DNA from: Octopus bimaculoides
Taxonomy: Eukaryota
Direction: 5' to 3'
Assembly: GCF_001194135.2 (NCBI RefSeq)
Contig: NC_068996.1
Span: forward strand, 9,367,436-9,431,435
Length of the DNA stretch: 64,000 bases
A program made the position numbers and the translations under genes. Below, piece after piece: positions 1-14,048 of the stretch (positions are counted from its first letter, which is position 1; every line of letters starts with the position of its first letter). The notes under the pieces are model-generated. The model did no database searches. It worked only from the letters and a program-made list of their open reading frames with translations, and was not told where the DNA came from.

Positions 1-228
1 GCACATAAAAGACAGCATTTTGAGCGTGGCCGTTTTCGTGCGGGTGACACGTAAAAGCACCCACTACACTCTCTGAGTGGTTGGCGTTAGGAAGGGCATC
101 CAGCTGTAGAAACTCTGCCAAATTAGATTGGAGCCTGGTGTTGCCATCCGGTTTCACCAGTCCTCAGTCAAATCGTCCAACCCATGCTAGCATGGAAAGC
201 GGGCGTTAAACGATGATGATGATGATGT
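1..228 (+). mobile_element. RTE 3'-end / RTE-tailed short element ending in (GAT)n
   Basis: ggcgttaggaagggcatccagctgtagaaactctgcc...ttaaacgatgatgat. Further copies at 22186-22420, 26150-26450, 29530-29910, 21368-21790(-), 12450-12700(-), 36040-36200, 38680-38900, 57985-58200(-) and 62110-62350. Confidence 0.85.
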
Positions 229-2302
229 AGTGATGAGTGAACGCTAAGCATTTTGTCCAGCGCTCTAATGATTCTGCCAGCTCGCTGCCTTAGATAATAA
301 TGGTTTCAAATTTTTGCTATTAGGGCAGCCATTTTGGAGGAGGGGGATAAGTTGATTATGTCAACCCCCGTGTTAAAGTGGTTATTATTTTATTGACCCT
401 GAAAGGATAAAAGGTAAAGTCGACCTCGGTAGAATTTGAACTCAGAACATAGTGACAGGCAAAATACCGCTAAGCACTCTAACAATTCTGCCAGCTTGCT
501 GTCTTGATAACAATAATAATTATCCTTTCTGCTATAGGCACAAGGCTTGAAATTTGGAGGAAGGGGGATTGAACCCAGTACTCAGCTGGTACTTATTTCA
601 TTGACCCCGAGAGGATGTAAGGCAAAGTCAACCTTGGTGGAATTTGAACTCAGAACATAAAGACGGACGAAATACCACTAGGCATTTGACCTAACATGCT
701 AATGATTCTGCCAGCTCGCCACCTTAATAATAATAATAATGCTTTCTTTTATTGATCACAAGAGCCCAAGGACATAGAGAACACTATCAAAGGATAAGTT
801 ACAGCCCTCACCCCCCCCCCAAAAAAAAATTGATTATTAATTGATATTTAGTATAGATAAATACTAATAAAATTTTTTAAAATGTGATTTTGGATACAGT
901 CCCATTATGGTACTGTGAGTAAGTGTCTTCTATTACAGACCTGGGCCAACCAATGCATTGTGAGTAAAACCCTCACCTGTTACCAAGCAAGCTGATATTT
1001 CCTCCTTGCGACCAGAAATGTTTTCACAGAGGATTGGAAAAAAAAAAAAAACACAATTTGTATGTTGATTCTCATTTACAATTATCACGTGATGTCAAGG
1101 CAAGGAAACACAAAAACATACATACACACATATACACATGTATGCACACATATGATGGGTTTCTTTCAGTTATCATCTACAAAATCCACTGATAAAGCTT
1201 TGGTTGGCCCAAGGCTATAGTAACAGACATTTGCCCAAGATGCCTTGCAGTAGGACTGAACCTGGAACCATGTGGTTGGGAAGTGAATTTCCTGAGAACA
1301 TAGTCTGTATGTACTTCTTTATTAATGAGCAACATACTTTTTCTTTCTTTGTCATGGTGTTTAACAAATTCAAAAAGTTCAAAACCAATTTAATTGTATT
1401 AAATGGGGAAAAAAAAAAAAATTTTAACTGGTCTAATTCCTTTACTGATGATCGAGTAGGCTTATAACAAAAACAAAAAGTGTTCTAACCATGATCATCT
1501 CAAATTTATTTTCATTTTTCTTTATTCTGACATACTGTATCCAAGACTACATTAATTAGCCAATGTCTCCACTTTTTTTCAAAGACATTAGCACGTGATC
1601 TTCTATTTCTAGTAAACCAGGCTAACACACAGAAGCTCCCTTGCTGGCTTTTATATTTATGTTACTATTTGTCTTTATGATTCCATATGTGTACAAGATA
1701 TTCGTGTGTATGAGAGTGTAATGATGCAACAGATTGCATGGCTACCTGTGGCTTAAATTCTATCCCTGCTTCGCATAGAGAGAAGCAATTAGGAGGCTTT
1801 AGCTGGGATTGCAGTCTCACCAAATTTTCATCATTAAAGATTTTTGTTGGGAATGCCAGGGTTGGGTGAGATGCAGCAGGTGTTAATTATAATTTTCCTT
1901 TTTATTTTGCACCTATAAATTGTATCTGATATTTGTTAAAGATCTTCTATAAGTATGAAGCTGTATACTTAATTTGCTATTTATATATACAAAGACCAAA
2001 AAGAAATCTTGCAAAATAGAGCTAATTTTAATGGGAAACCTCTTGAATTCACCCGAGGAAACATATCTACACCGACAGATACACCTAAACCAGATGTTCA
2101 GTATCCCACCCATGTGGGATCAATGCTAGATGGATCAAAACAATTGTAGTAATCAATAAAGCTTCACCTATCTTCCATCTTTCTCATAATCAAATACCCA
2201 ATAAACACTGAGCCAGTGAATGTGTTTTACCAGTAAACTATCTGGTCTATACCGTACAATTTATTAACTAATAATAATAATAATAATAATTATATATATA
2301 TA

Positions 2303-2600
2303 TAGAAAATGCTTAAATGATTTTATAAAAAACATTTCAGTACCGGTTTCAATCATTGAGACTTTTTCAACTGTAAGTATGGAAAAGAATTAAGTTTTGG
2401 AAAAGTTAAAAGAAAAGTTTTTTAAAAGAATATTTGCATAGTGTTCATATACAAGTGGCATTTTCCTTGTTTCTGCCTGTCTCTGCCTCACTTGTTTACT
2501 CTTGTGGGTTCGAGGTCGTTTTTTATAAAATTATTTTAGCATTTTCTACCTTGACTTTTTTTCCATATATATCAACTCGTGTGTTCCTTTTCAACCTTCT
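2303..2600 (-). mobile_element. Penelope-like terminal relic with U3-A8 hammerhead motif (2338-2373) and a 31-bp inverted repeat (2303-2333 / 2518-2548)
   Basis: Minus strand CAG-TTGAAAA-AGTC tcaat GATT-GAA-ACCGGT-A-CTG; flanked by TA/CA microsatellites. Confidence 0.55.
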
Positions 2601-3092
2601 ACACACATATATATATATATATATACCAGCAAGTGGTGGAACTGATATTTATTTTACTCGTCATTACAGAAATATCTGTGTGCCTGTGTGAGTGTGCACA
2701 CACACACACACACACACACACATTGTCTATCTATTAACGTGCTTACACTAAATGGATTTCCCCACCTGATCTAACGTACATTTACATATTCATTACACAG
2801 GAGCTGATATACCATACACATACATCCATTTTATATTTGGTTTTTAATTTCTAATGTGTACTTATACGTGCTCATAGATGCAAAACAATAGTCTGCACAA
2901 GGCACACATATATACACACGCATGTATGTGTATGCATTTATATATTCATACACACATATAGACATCGTAAACACATACACACAATTGAAACGTGCTCAAC
3001 TGCTCGTACATCTATTGTTGATGATGCACATTACTCCATTTGCGTACATGCACACTTTGTATGCACTCAAGCATAGTCTTTAAGTTACACTG

Positions 3093-3173
<81 letters not shown>

Positions 3174-3682
3174 GTATATATTCTTACATTGTTTGATAAA
3201 ACTTCATTTCCTCACCACGTGTGTGTGTGTATGTGTGTGTCTATCTATTGATCTATCTATCTGTCTGCTTGTCTATCCATCCATCTAGATAGATAGATAG
3301 ATAGATAAACAGACAGACATATACATGCTCTACACCACCTCCTCTCTCCACTTCTGCCAGACTTACAAATAGTTCTTCCTTTATTTTCCTTTGGGATTTT
3401 CATGTATCTTCTCCCATTCTTCTTCCTTTTCTATGGTCTTTATTAATTCTCCCATCTTGTCTCTTTCTCCTGCTCTGTTTATTTTGTCTTCTCTTTCTAT
3501 GTTCTTACCTGTCAATGTATCTTCCCTCTTCATCATTTTCTCCTGCTCTTTCCTTCGTACACATACACACATCTTCCTCTCCATTGTGTATACATATCTT
3601 TTTCACATGTACACACATATACACATACACATACTTTCTATCTCTCTTATATGTTGTTTCTTTCTCTCCCTCTCTCTCACAC

Positions 3683-3761
<79 letters not shown>

Positions 3762-4599
3762 TGCACCATCTCTTAGTCTTATACATTTCATCTCTTATAT
3801 TTATATTTTATCTTTCTTTCTCTCTCTCCTTTATATATGCACACAACTTCTCTTTTTAGACACATCTAAATGAACAAAATAGGCATATATTTACCTAATC
3901 GTAAACTTCTGGGACATCTATATGTTTCTGTAGCTACTCATTTTTCAGTTGATTAGAGAAAGAGAGAGAGAGAGAGAGTTTCCAACATAACATAACTATA
4001 AATTTCAGCTGACCACAAGCAATTGAATTTAAAATCACTGGAACATACAAGGAGTACAAAATGAGGGCAAATATAAACAAAAGGAAAAAAAAAATCCTGT
4101 CTTTCTGACACGCTTCTATTTGGAAAGATATGTTAAAAAAAAAACTTTGAATATGAAGGAGTGGATATTGTGGTTACTAGGCACACCTGAATTTTACAAA
4201 GCACTTTAAATTCATGTAAACGATTCACCAAAAGTATTCTACAATTAATTTTGATTATGTGAAATAATAAATAGAATGTATCCTGTATATACTCCTGAGT
4301 TTTGTGTATGCATAAAAGAGAGAATGCGCATGTGTTTACAAACCATATCTCACTTGTGTAATAAATATCCCGTTTCTCTCTTTTCTGGATAGACAGACGC
4401 ATAGTTATATGAATGCATAAAAACATACACGTTTACGTCTCGCATAGCGATGTCATATCGCACACATATACACACAGTTGCGTCTCATACATACGTTTGT
4501 CATGTCACGGTACACACACATCACACACGCATATATACATTCACTATGCGCATACAGTGTACGACTATACACACACACACACACACATATACACACAAT

Positions 4600-6850
4600 C
4601 AATCTCCCCTCCCAATATGTCACTCTAACGCCACCACCATAGGTCTTAGCGTCAATGTTATCCGTCACATTTTTACTTTTCACTCACCACCAGAAAACCT
4701 GTATATTTTTGTTTTCGTTCCCTCACTCGATCCTTCTCCTCCACCGTCCACCTTCACTTTAAACACGCATTCCATTCCCGCCCCACCCTCTTTTCTCTCT
4801 TCTTCTTCTTCCCTTTTCCAGTCCTGTCCTGTCTTATCCTGTCCACAACGTCTTATCGTTAATGACACTGTCTTAACGGCTGTCACCACCTGTCCTTCCC
4901 TAATGGACCAGTCCACTAGTTGATTGTCTCCCGTATTTTGTTGTTGTTGTTGTTAGCAGACGTAGACCTCTGTCATTCCTCTTCCTCCTCCTTTCTTTGT
5001 CCCTCCCCCGTCTCTGCTATTCTTCCTTTCTCTCTCTCTCCACTCAACTCAACTTCTCTGTCCTGTCTCTTTCTCTCTCTCTCTCTCTCTGTACCTGCTT
5101 TTTATCTCATTTTAATCTTTTTCTTTTTCATATATATAGATATATTTGTATATATCTATATTTCTAAATATGTACACCTGTGTTGCTTTATTCTGAACTA
5201 GTTGCGGTGGTAGTTGTAGTGGTATGGCGGTAATGGTAGCACTGCTCTAACACCGATGTCAGTTACTTTACATGTGGTCATTGCTTAGGAGTTCTTTTAT
5301 TCACTCACTCACTTCTTAACAGGAGATATGTACACGACACACCGCCTCAATGCGCGCGTGTGTACATATACATGTATATATATATACATCTGTATGTGTG
5401 TAATTCACACCCACACTAGTGCAGTGCAATAACTATCTACTACACCAACTCACAATTACACATACAGAAACGAGAAGGGAGTCTCTCTGAGTGGGCCGCA
5501 GCTCGCCCTGCTAGAAATAGTAGCCAAACTTCGTTTAAACATCTCGAAGTCTTGAAACAATCCGGTAACTAAGAAAAGACTACATACACACCACTTGGAT
5601 AACCTAGTGTTAGGTATAATACTATGCTTGACTGAAAGACACAGTGGTCCTGTTTAGAATACTATACATCACAGGTCTGCTTAATTAATAATCGTAGCCG
5701 AGCTGATGTTAAAGAAAAACAAGCAATGTGTCAAAACCCGTCGGCGTCATCGTTATCACGTTTTTTTTAAGGGTGCCCCTAACGTGCTAGAAACAGCAGC
5801 TGGATATCTCCCTCACATCTCACTGTAACCGTCTTCTTATAAGGAAAAGAGGATGAACACTAGATAATAAAGACGGGATGGTCATGGCTAGAATGTCTTG
5901 TCTTTTGACGTTCGTAGGTCTGCTCGATCAGAATTGACCTTGAGTAAACAACAACAAATAGAACACCAACACCACCTACACAAGACAAAAAGAGACCGGC
6001 GGTGTATAATAAGTCAGTCATACGCATGCACGGACGAATACAGGATACAATCTTCTCTTTCTCTCTCTCACACACACACACACATTTACATAGATACAAC
6101 CACACACACACACATACACACTTCATACCACACCCCCAGACAACACGTCCACACCTCGAAGACATAAACGTCAACGTACACTGCCTACACACACACACAC
6201 AGACGTATATATATATATACACACACACATATTCATACATTCTCTCATTCACACACTGGCACAAATGCTTACCTGACAGACAAGTAACATGTATACATCG
6301 TTGAGGTTGTGTCGTTCTCTCTTCAACTACACACACCATTCTTTGTGGATATTCTCTACTTCGATAGATACAATATCTCCCTCTATGTGTACTGGGGTCA
6401 CCACTTAAGGAAAAGAAAAAAGGGGGGGGTGTCTGTTGTGGGTTTTCTTTTTTCGTTCGCTCCTTTTTTTTTCTCCCCCCCCCCACCGTCTTGTTCCGTT
6501 TTTGTTTGTTTTTCTTCTGGATATGATTCTGGGAATAGAGACCAATCCTAAACTTGTTTATAAAGCACTGGCTTTTCCTGCTGCCGCTGCTTTTGCTGCC
6601 GCCGCTGCTGCTGCTGCAGTTGACTCTGCTGCTGCTGCTGCCGCCGGCAGCAGCAGCACCGCCACCGCCATCACCAACGTCATCACCAGCAACAGTGCAC
6701 AAAATGCATTATTTATGACAGTAAGTGCGAGTAAATAAATTTAAAACTATAAACAAGTGACACACACACAACACAACGCACGCACTCACTCACTCACGCG
6801 CGAGTGAGCGCGCGCGCAAGAATTCATACATACGCACGTATCTACGTAGA
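4600..6850 (+). promoter_or_regulatory. CpG-richer 5' region of the KLF-like gene, with an overlapping GC box/CACCC box (CCCGCCCCACCC, 4777-4788)
   Basis: Visibly more CpG than the rest of the window; flanks the first coding exon. TSS not determinable. Confidence 0.35.
6523..6720 (+). CDS. Putative first coding exon of a KLF3/8/12-like gene (MILGIETNPKLVYKALAFPAAAAFAAAAAAAAVDSAAAAAAGSSSTATAITNVITSNSAQNALFMT); start codon uncertain
   Basis: Open GC-rich poly-Ala frame ending ATG ACA|GTAAGT (donor at 6721, phase 0), matching the phase-0 acceptor at 7428. The ATG could be 6523 or 6715, or the exon could be internal. Confidence 0.65.
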
Positions 6851-7427
6851 TATATGTGCTCGCATACATTTCCATACATCTATATATACATTTATATTTA
6901 TATATATATACACACACACACACACGTTTATTCACATACATACAGCTGTGGAATACGGAGAAATGGTTTAAACATATTTTTTTCTCTCCTCTCTAACGTA
7001 TCTGATTATGGTTGTGTTGTATATATATGTATATAATTTGATACATTAGCATCTAAAATATCTTATATATGTATATAATATATATATGCTAAGATTCGTG
7101 TGTTTACATAATTAAGTTTTGCGTGCGGGTGTGTAATTTTGGTAAACAAAACAAACCAAGTTTTTTTTTTTATATAAAACTCCGAACATATTAGAAGCAG
7201 TTGTTATGTGTGTATGTAAAGTCTTATTGAATTTATGTGTATAATAATTTATTTAAATACATGTATGTGCAAATATTCAGGTTATTATATAGATCTATAT
7301 AATAACCAATATTCATACATACATATATATATATGTACATACACACAAGATATATCGATATATATATATATATATATATTTTTTTCATATTTCCACATCA
7401 TTATATGCGAATCAATTTCCTTTGCAG

Positions 7428-7533
7428 CCTGTTCAGACAGAACCTGTTGATCTCTCATTAAATAAAAAAAAATCTGCCAACTTCCATGATTCCCATCAAG
7501 GTCTGGACTTACGCGTTATCCGGAAAGCAGGAG
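7428..7533 (+). CDS. KLF12: Exon of a KLF3/8/12-subfamily Kruppel-like factor: PVQTEPVDLSLNKKKSANFHDSHQGLDLRVIRKAG (CtBP-binding PVDLS motif)
   Basis: Acceptor tttcctttgcag| and donor gag|gtaagt. 106 nt, phase 0 to 1, open. QTEPVDLSxNK matches the KLF12/8/3 repression motif as I recall it. The symbol denotes the subfamily only, since no zinc fingers are in the window. Confidence 0.85.
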
Positions 7534-7876
7534 GTAAGTAACACGTTCTCTCTCTCTCTCTCTTTTTGACCACATTCTTTCTCTCTCTCTTACACTCTGT
7601 ATCTGTCTTTTCCTCTCGTTTTCATCTTTAACTATTTCTCTCTCTCTCTCGTCTCTTATCTATCTTTCCTCTTTTCCTTTTGTCTTCTATCCTGTCGTAT
7701 TTCTCTTGTCTTCTCTTCCCTGTTATCCTTCTTTCTTCCTGTCTTTTCTCTTCTGTCTTATTCCTTCCTTCCGTCTTTTCTTTCTGTCTTCCGTTTCGTT
7801 GATTCTTGTTTCTTCCTTGTATCTTTTCCCGTCTTTTTTACGTTCCTTTCTTCCTTCCATATTCTCTTTCTCTCTC

Positions 7877-7918
<42 letters not shown>

Positions 7919-8906
7919 ACTGTTTTATCTTTTACTCATCTCAGTATTTGATTTTTTTTAAAGCCTGATACGGGGCAATGTTTCGTTGATGGTCTAAGTG
8001 TCCCTTATACTTAATCTATTGATTTATTTTGTCGAACTGCTGACTTGCTGGGACGTAAACAAACCAGCACTGGTTGTCAAGCGCTGGTGGGGAACAAACA
8101 CAACACAATGACTGACAGCCACACACAAACACACACACGACGGGCTTCTTTCAGTTATCGTTTACCAAATCAACTCGCAAGGCTTTGATTAGCCTAGGGC
8201 TATAAGCAAAAAGAGAATCGTCCCAGGTGTCACGCTTTGAGAATGAACCCAAAACCACATGTTTTGAGAAGCAAGCTTCTTAACCACATACACCCTTCAT
8301 TTTCTTCTGTCTTCCTCATTCCTTATTTACCAATTGTTCCTATTTAAGATCGGCTTTTTTGGTGCATTGTCTGCTTAGTATTTTTCTTTTTCAACATACC
8401 TATGCAAGCGGCCCCGCCGTTTTTGTTTCTTCATAGCTTTTGCAAAAATGGATATTTTTTAATGGAATTTTCTACTAATACGCTTCAGATGGTTTAGATT
8501 CCGATTAAATCGAAATTTGTTGCGAAAATAAAATTTCTGAAGATGGGAAGTGCTTTGTGTAGATATGCCTGTTTTGTTTGTTTTAAACCGTTGTTAGATA
8601 TCTTTTTTTCTTCTCTAAGCACACAACATAATTATTAAATACGCTCTTTAAACTTTTCCCGGCCTCTTTAATTTCCATTATTTTCATTTTCAAATAGAAA
8701 TAGATATTAAGTCTTTGTTTTATATACAAACATCTTTGTTTTTGTTGTTTTGTCTTTCCTAAATGTCTTTCAGACATTCCCATGTAAGATTTTGGACGGA
8801 AAATATGATTGTTTTTCTACACGTTTTTCTTACCAAATAATAATCTCATATGGAGACATAAGACCAATATTTACAAGTATTATGTGATAAGTTTTTTTGC
8901 CATTTA

Positions 8907-8942
<36 letters not shown>

Positions 8943-11011
8943 GACTTTGCCTTTCACCCTTTCGGGGTCGATAAATTAAGTACCAGTGAAGCACTGGGGT
9001 TGATGTAATCGACTAGTCCCCCTCCCCACAAATTTGAAGCCTTGTGCTTCCAGTAGAGAGGATTATTATTGTTGTTTACTTTATTGATTCCTCCCCTACC
9101 TAAGGAATGAAGGGCAAAGTTCACCTCTGCGAGATTTGAACACAAAATGTAAAAGAGCTGGAAAAAATAGCGCAATTCCGAAGAATTTCCGACAGCTGTA
9201 AGGATTCTGTCTACTTGCCAGCTAGAATGTTTGAGATGCAGGGAGGGATAAATCAATTCTGTTGACTCCCAAGAACTTGACTATTATCAAAGCCATCCAT
9301 CGTAGCAGCATCGTAGCTCCACCCCCCTGGTAAATTAGTGCACTGAGCCCTATAGTATGTATTGTATTGATCGAAAGCCACAGTATACATGGATCAAATT
9401 CGGCCCCCCCAGATCCATGAGGTTTCCTTCCCCTCCCACCCGGATAAACCAAAGCACGAGGGCCTGTATTATTTACTACTTAGAACAGAATTAGGCTCCT
9501 AGCATTATGAAGCCCTCGGGCAAGTGCCCAGTGTGATCAAACCTTAAGACTGTAGTGACTAGTTCTTTAACTTTTTACGGAGTCCCAAAGGATGAGGAAA
9601 AGTAGAGATTGACCCCCACTAGGATGCGAACTCGTGATATGAAAGGAACGTAACTAAATACCGACAATTTTTCACCACTCTGCACCCCTTGATAACATTG
9701 CTAGTGCTAACAAGGCCATACATTTTGAGGGAGTGGTATGCCTAATTTACTCCACCCAAGTTCATTGACCTGGAAGAATGATAAACAAAATTTATATGAT
9801 TACAACAACAGCGACAACAAAACAATGTACTTTTGGCTTTTTTTAAAATTTTTATATTTTTTCATTTTACGGAAGTTATTAAAAAATAAATGCAATAAAA
9901 CGGCAAACATATTGGGTTAGCGCATTCAACTGGTACAATGCCTTGTGGTTCTTGTTCAGGTTGTCTGCATTGTGAGTTCAAATCTTTCCAAGGTCGGCCT
10001 TGTTGTTTTCCTTTCCAGGATCAATAATTAAAGTACCAGACCAGGAGAGGTTTAATTCATGCATTTTTTTTTCATTCTCTTTTATCTAATACTTGTTTCA
10101 GTCATTAGATTGTGGCCATGCTGGGGCACCATTTTGAAAGGGTTTTAGTGGAACAAATTAACCCCAGTATTTGTTTTTTTAAAGATAAAACAAAGCTTGG
10201 TATTTATTCTATCCGTCTCTAATGCCGAACTTCTAAGTTACGGGGACGTAAACAAACCAGTACCGGTTGTCAAGTGGTGGAAGGACAGACATTAATACAA
10301 AGCCAGACACCCAGACATGACTGGAGCCACTTTGAAAGGTTTAGTTGAACAAATCAACCCAGTACATGTCTTTCAAAACCTGATACATATTATATCGATA
10401 TACTTTGATGAACTGCTAAGTTATTGGGACATAAGCAAACCAACACCAGTTGTCAAATGCTGTTGGGGGACAAACACAACACAAAGGTGGACACTTATAC
10501 ATACACACCCACAACAAACTTTTTTCTATTTCCATCTACCAAATCTACTCAATTCTTTGGTTGGCCTGGTGGCTAAAGCAGAAGACACTTGTCCAAGATG
10601 CCTTGCAGTGGGACTGCACCTGGAACCATGCAGTTGGGAAGCAAACTTCATACCATGCACCTCCCTATAGGTTTTGAGTTAAAATTTTATCACCCCCTGT
10701 CACTGGCCTCCTCGTGACAGCCAACAAGGTGATTTTTGAGACCCAGCTAAAACTAATGAAACTCAAATGGCCGATGAAGAAGTGTTTCCGTTGGTGAAAC
10801 ATATCAATTGTATTATTGATCTTGCATCAAAGTTGCATAAATTTTATCTTTTGCTTCTTTCAGTCATTGGACTGCAACCATGCAGTTGAGTACTTGTAAC
10901 CTTTCATCCTTTTGGGGGTTGATAAAATAAGTACCAGTCACATACTGGGGTTGATCTAATTGACTGGCCCCCTTCCCCTCAAATTTCCTATAGTAGAAAG
11001 GATTATTATTA

Positions 11012-11048
<37 letters not shown>

Positions 11049-12157
11049 GGTGGCGAGCTGGCAGAATTGTTAGCATGTTGGACAAAATGCTTAGCGGTAT
11101 TTCGTCTGCCGTTACGTTCTGAGTTCAAATTCTGTCAAGGTCGACTAGACCCTTACCCTCAAGCTTCAGGCTTTGTGCCTCTAGTAGAAATAATAATAAT
11201 AATTATTATTATCATTTTAAGGCAGCAAGCTGGCAGAATTTTTAGCACGCCAAGCAGAATGCTTAGTTGGCATTTCATCTGTCTTTACATTCCGAGTTCA
11301 AATTCTGCCGAGGTCATCTTTGTCTTGCATCCTTTCAGGGTCTGTAAAATGAATACCAATTGAGTAAGCGAATAGCCCCCTCCTCCTAATTTCAAGCCTA
11401 TGCCAAAATAGATTACCATTTTTATTATTATTGTTATACATTTAAAGTCAATTTTGTTTTTTGTCATTCTTTCATGTCAATGAACCTTGTGGGTTGATTA
11501 AATTAACTATCACCGTTCCCTCAAATTTATGGACTTGTGCTTATGTTCATCATCATTTAACATCTGTTTTCCATGCTGGCATGAGTTGGATGGTTCAACA
11601 GGAGCTGGTAAGGCCAGGAGCCACACCAGGTTCCGTTGTCTGTTTTTGGTTTGGTTTCTACAGTTTGATGCCCTTCCTAACATCGACAACTTTACAAAGT
11701 GTAACACGTGCTTTTTTTACATGACATCAGAAATTATTATTATTTATTAATTATTATGGGATCATTAAACTGGAAGAGTGAAGAATTGAAAAAAATTATT
11801 ACAGCATTTTCAGCTCTTTACTTTCTGAGTTGAAATCCTACAGAAGCCATTTTTGCCTTTCTTTCTGGGTTGATAAAACATGGTACCAGTTGATTACTTG
11901 AGTTTGACATAATAAATCTCTCTCCTACCAAAAAAAAAATGCCGGCCTTGAACCAAAATTAAGCCTACTCTGTCAAATGTAAAGCTTATGCATTCACATC
12001 ATTTTAAATCAATAATGCATTATTTCATAGCTTTGAGATTTCAATGATGTGATTGCTTATTTTTAAAATGACAGTATAGGATAGGTGTGAAAGGCCAGGT
12101 ATGACCAGTTTGAAGATAGAACAGGTAAAATATTTTGGCTTGATATGGCTGGTTTAA

Positions 12158-12378
12158 CCCTTTAAGCATTCAGATTCATTTATCAACAATTATGCTTATT
12201 TATTTACATTGTTTCAAATTAAATATGCTTATCTCATAGATTTGAGATGTCAATGATATGATTGTTTATTTTCTTTAATGACATTATAGGGTAGGTGCGA
12301 GAGACTAGATCTGGCCAATTTGAACGTAAAACAAGTGGAATATTTGGGCCGGATATGACTTGTTTAAATACTAAAGGG
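12158..12378. mobile_element. piggyBac-type MITE (TTAA|CCCTTT...AAAGGG|TTAA)
   Basis: TTAA at 12154-12157 and 12379-12382; TIRs CCCTTTA(A)GCATT / AATACTAAAGGG. Other family members at about 11960-12157, 15085-15315, 24385-24606, 43450-43625 and 48660-49312. Confidence 0.8.
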
Positions 12379-12949
12379 TTAAATGTTAGTGGTTTGAACC
12401 AATTACTAAGGATCAATTGATTCATAGAATTCATCATCAGCATCATTTAACATCCACTTTCCATGCTGGCTTGGGTTAGATGATTTGATTGGAACTGGTA
12501 AGTCAGGGAGCTGCATCAGGTTCCAGTCTGATTTGAAATGGTTTCTACAGCTGGAGGCTCTTCTTAAAGCCAACCACTCCAAGAGTGTGTTGGGTGCATT
12601 TTACGTGCCACTGACTGGGGTGCCATTTATACGACAATTACAATGGCCATGACTACAGTTTCACATGTACCATTTACACGACACTGGCAATGGCCATGAC
12701 TGCGATTAGACAGAATACTTTGTTTACTATCTTCTCTGTTCTGAGTCCTAATCCTGCCAAGATGCTCATAAAGGTCTTCCATTTGCAGAGCTCATAAAAT
12801 AAAAGTTATCAGTCGGACATAGTTACCTACAAAATTATGATTTTGGGCCTATGTTAGGCAGTAGTTGCAGTTTATGCAGTGCCTGAGTTAATTGTAAAAG
12901 AGCAGATGGTCATATCAGGGACTTGCTGAATCAGAGTTGATCTGGATTA

Positions 12950-14016
12950 CACACGCGCTATCGCAGTGACCCACACATATTCAAACAACCACAGCGATAC
13001 ACGTAGACACGTCACAGTAATCCTCACACGTGCAATCACAGCAAACTAAACACACTCACACACATTCACTCATATAATCGCAGCAACCCACACATATGCA
13101 AACAACCACAACAATACGCATAGATACATCGTTGCAATCCATACACACACATGCAATCATAACAACCAAAGCACAGACACGTACACACACACACATTCAT
13201 GCATATAATCACAGCAGCCCACACATGTACAATCACATCCACCCACATGTATACAATCACAGTGACCCACACATACCCTAAGAACTACAGTGACACACTC
13301 TCATAATCACAGTGATCCACACATACAATCACAGCAAACTTAAAACACACACACATAATCACAGCAACCCATATGCATGCAGTCACAATAATCTACACAC
13401 ACACACACACACAATATCACAGTGATATGAGCAGACAATCATGGTGACCCATNNNNNNNNNNNNNNNNNNNNNNNNNNNNNNNNNNNNNNNNNNNNNNNN
13501 NNNNNNNNNNNNNNNNNNNNNNNNNNNNNNNNNNNNNNNNNNNNNNNNNNNNNNNNNNNNNNNNNNNNNNNNNNNNNNNNNNNNNNNNNNNNNNNNNNNN
13601 NNNNNNNNNNNNNNNNNNNNNNNNNNNNNNNNNNNNNNNNNNNNNNNNNNNNNNNNNNNNNNNNNNNNNNNNNNNNNNNNNNNNNNNNNNNNNNNNNNNN
13701 NNNNNNNNNNNNNNNNNNNNNNNNNNNNNNNNNNNNNNNNNNNNNNNNNNNNNNNNNNNNNNNNNNNNNNNNNNNNNNNNNNNNNNNNNNNNNNNNNNNN
13801 NNNNNNNNNNNNNNNNNNNNNNNNNNNNNNNNNNNNNNNNNNNNNNNNNNNNNNNNNNNNNNNNNNNNNNNNNNNNNNNNNNNNNNNNNNNNNNNNNNNN
13901 NNNNNNNNNNNNNNNNNNNNNNNNNNNNNNNNNNNNNNNNNNNNNNNNNNNNNNNNNNNNNNNNNNNNNNNNNNNNNNNNNNNNNNNNNNNNNNNNNNNN
14001 NNNNNNATATATATAT

Positions 14017-14048
<32 letters not shown>

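Noticed and set aside
3040-3873. YIYI/THTH/LSLS-type ORFs throughout the window
   Set aside because: They are translations of dinucleotide microsatellites.
6529-6549. LGIETNP resembling a 2A/StopGo motif
   Set aside because: It lacks the required D and the terminal G-P (DxExNPGP).
5860-6702. 280-aa minus-strand ORF
   Set aside because: It is the antisense shadow of the GCN-rich exon plus microsatellites, with no splice or domain support.
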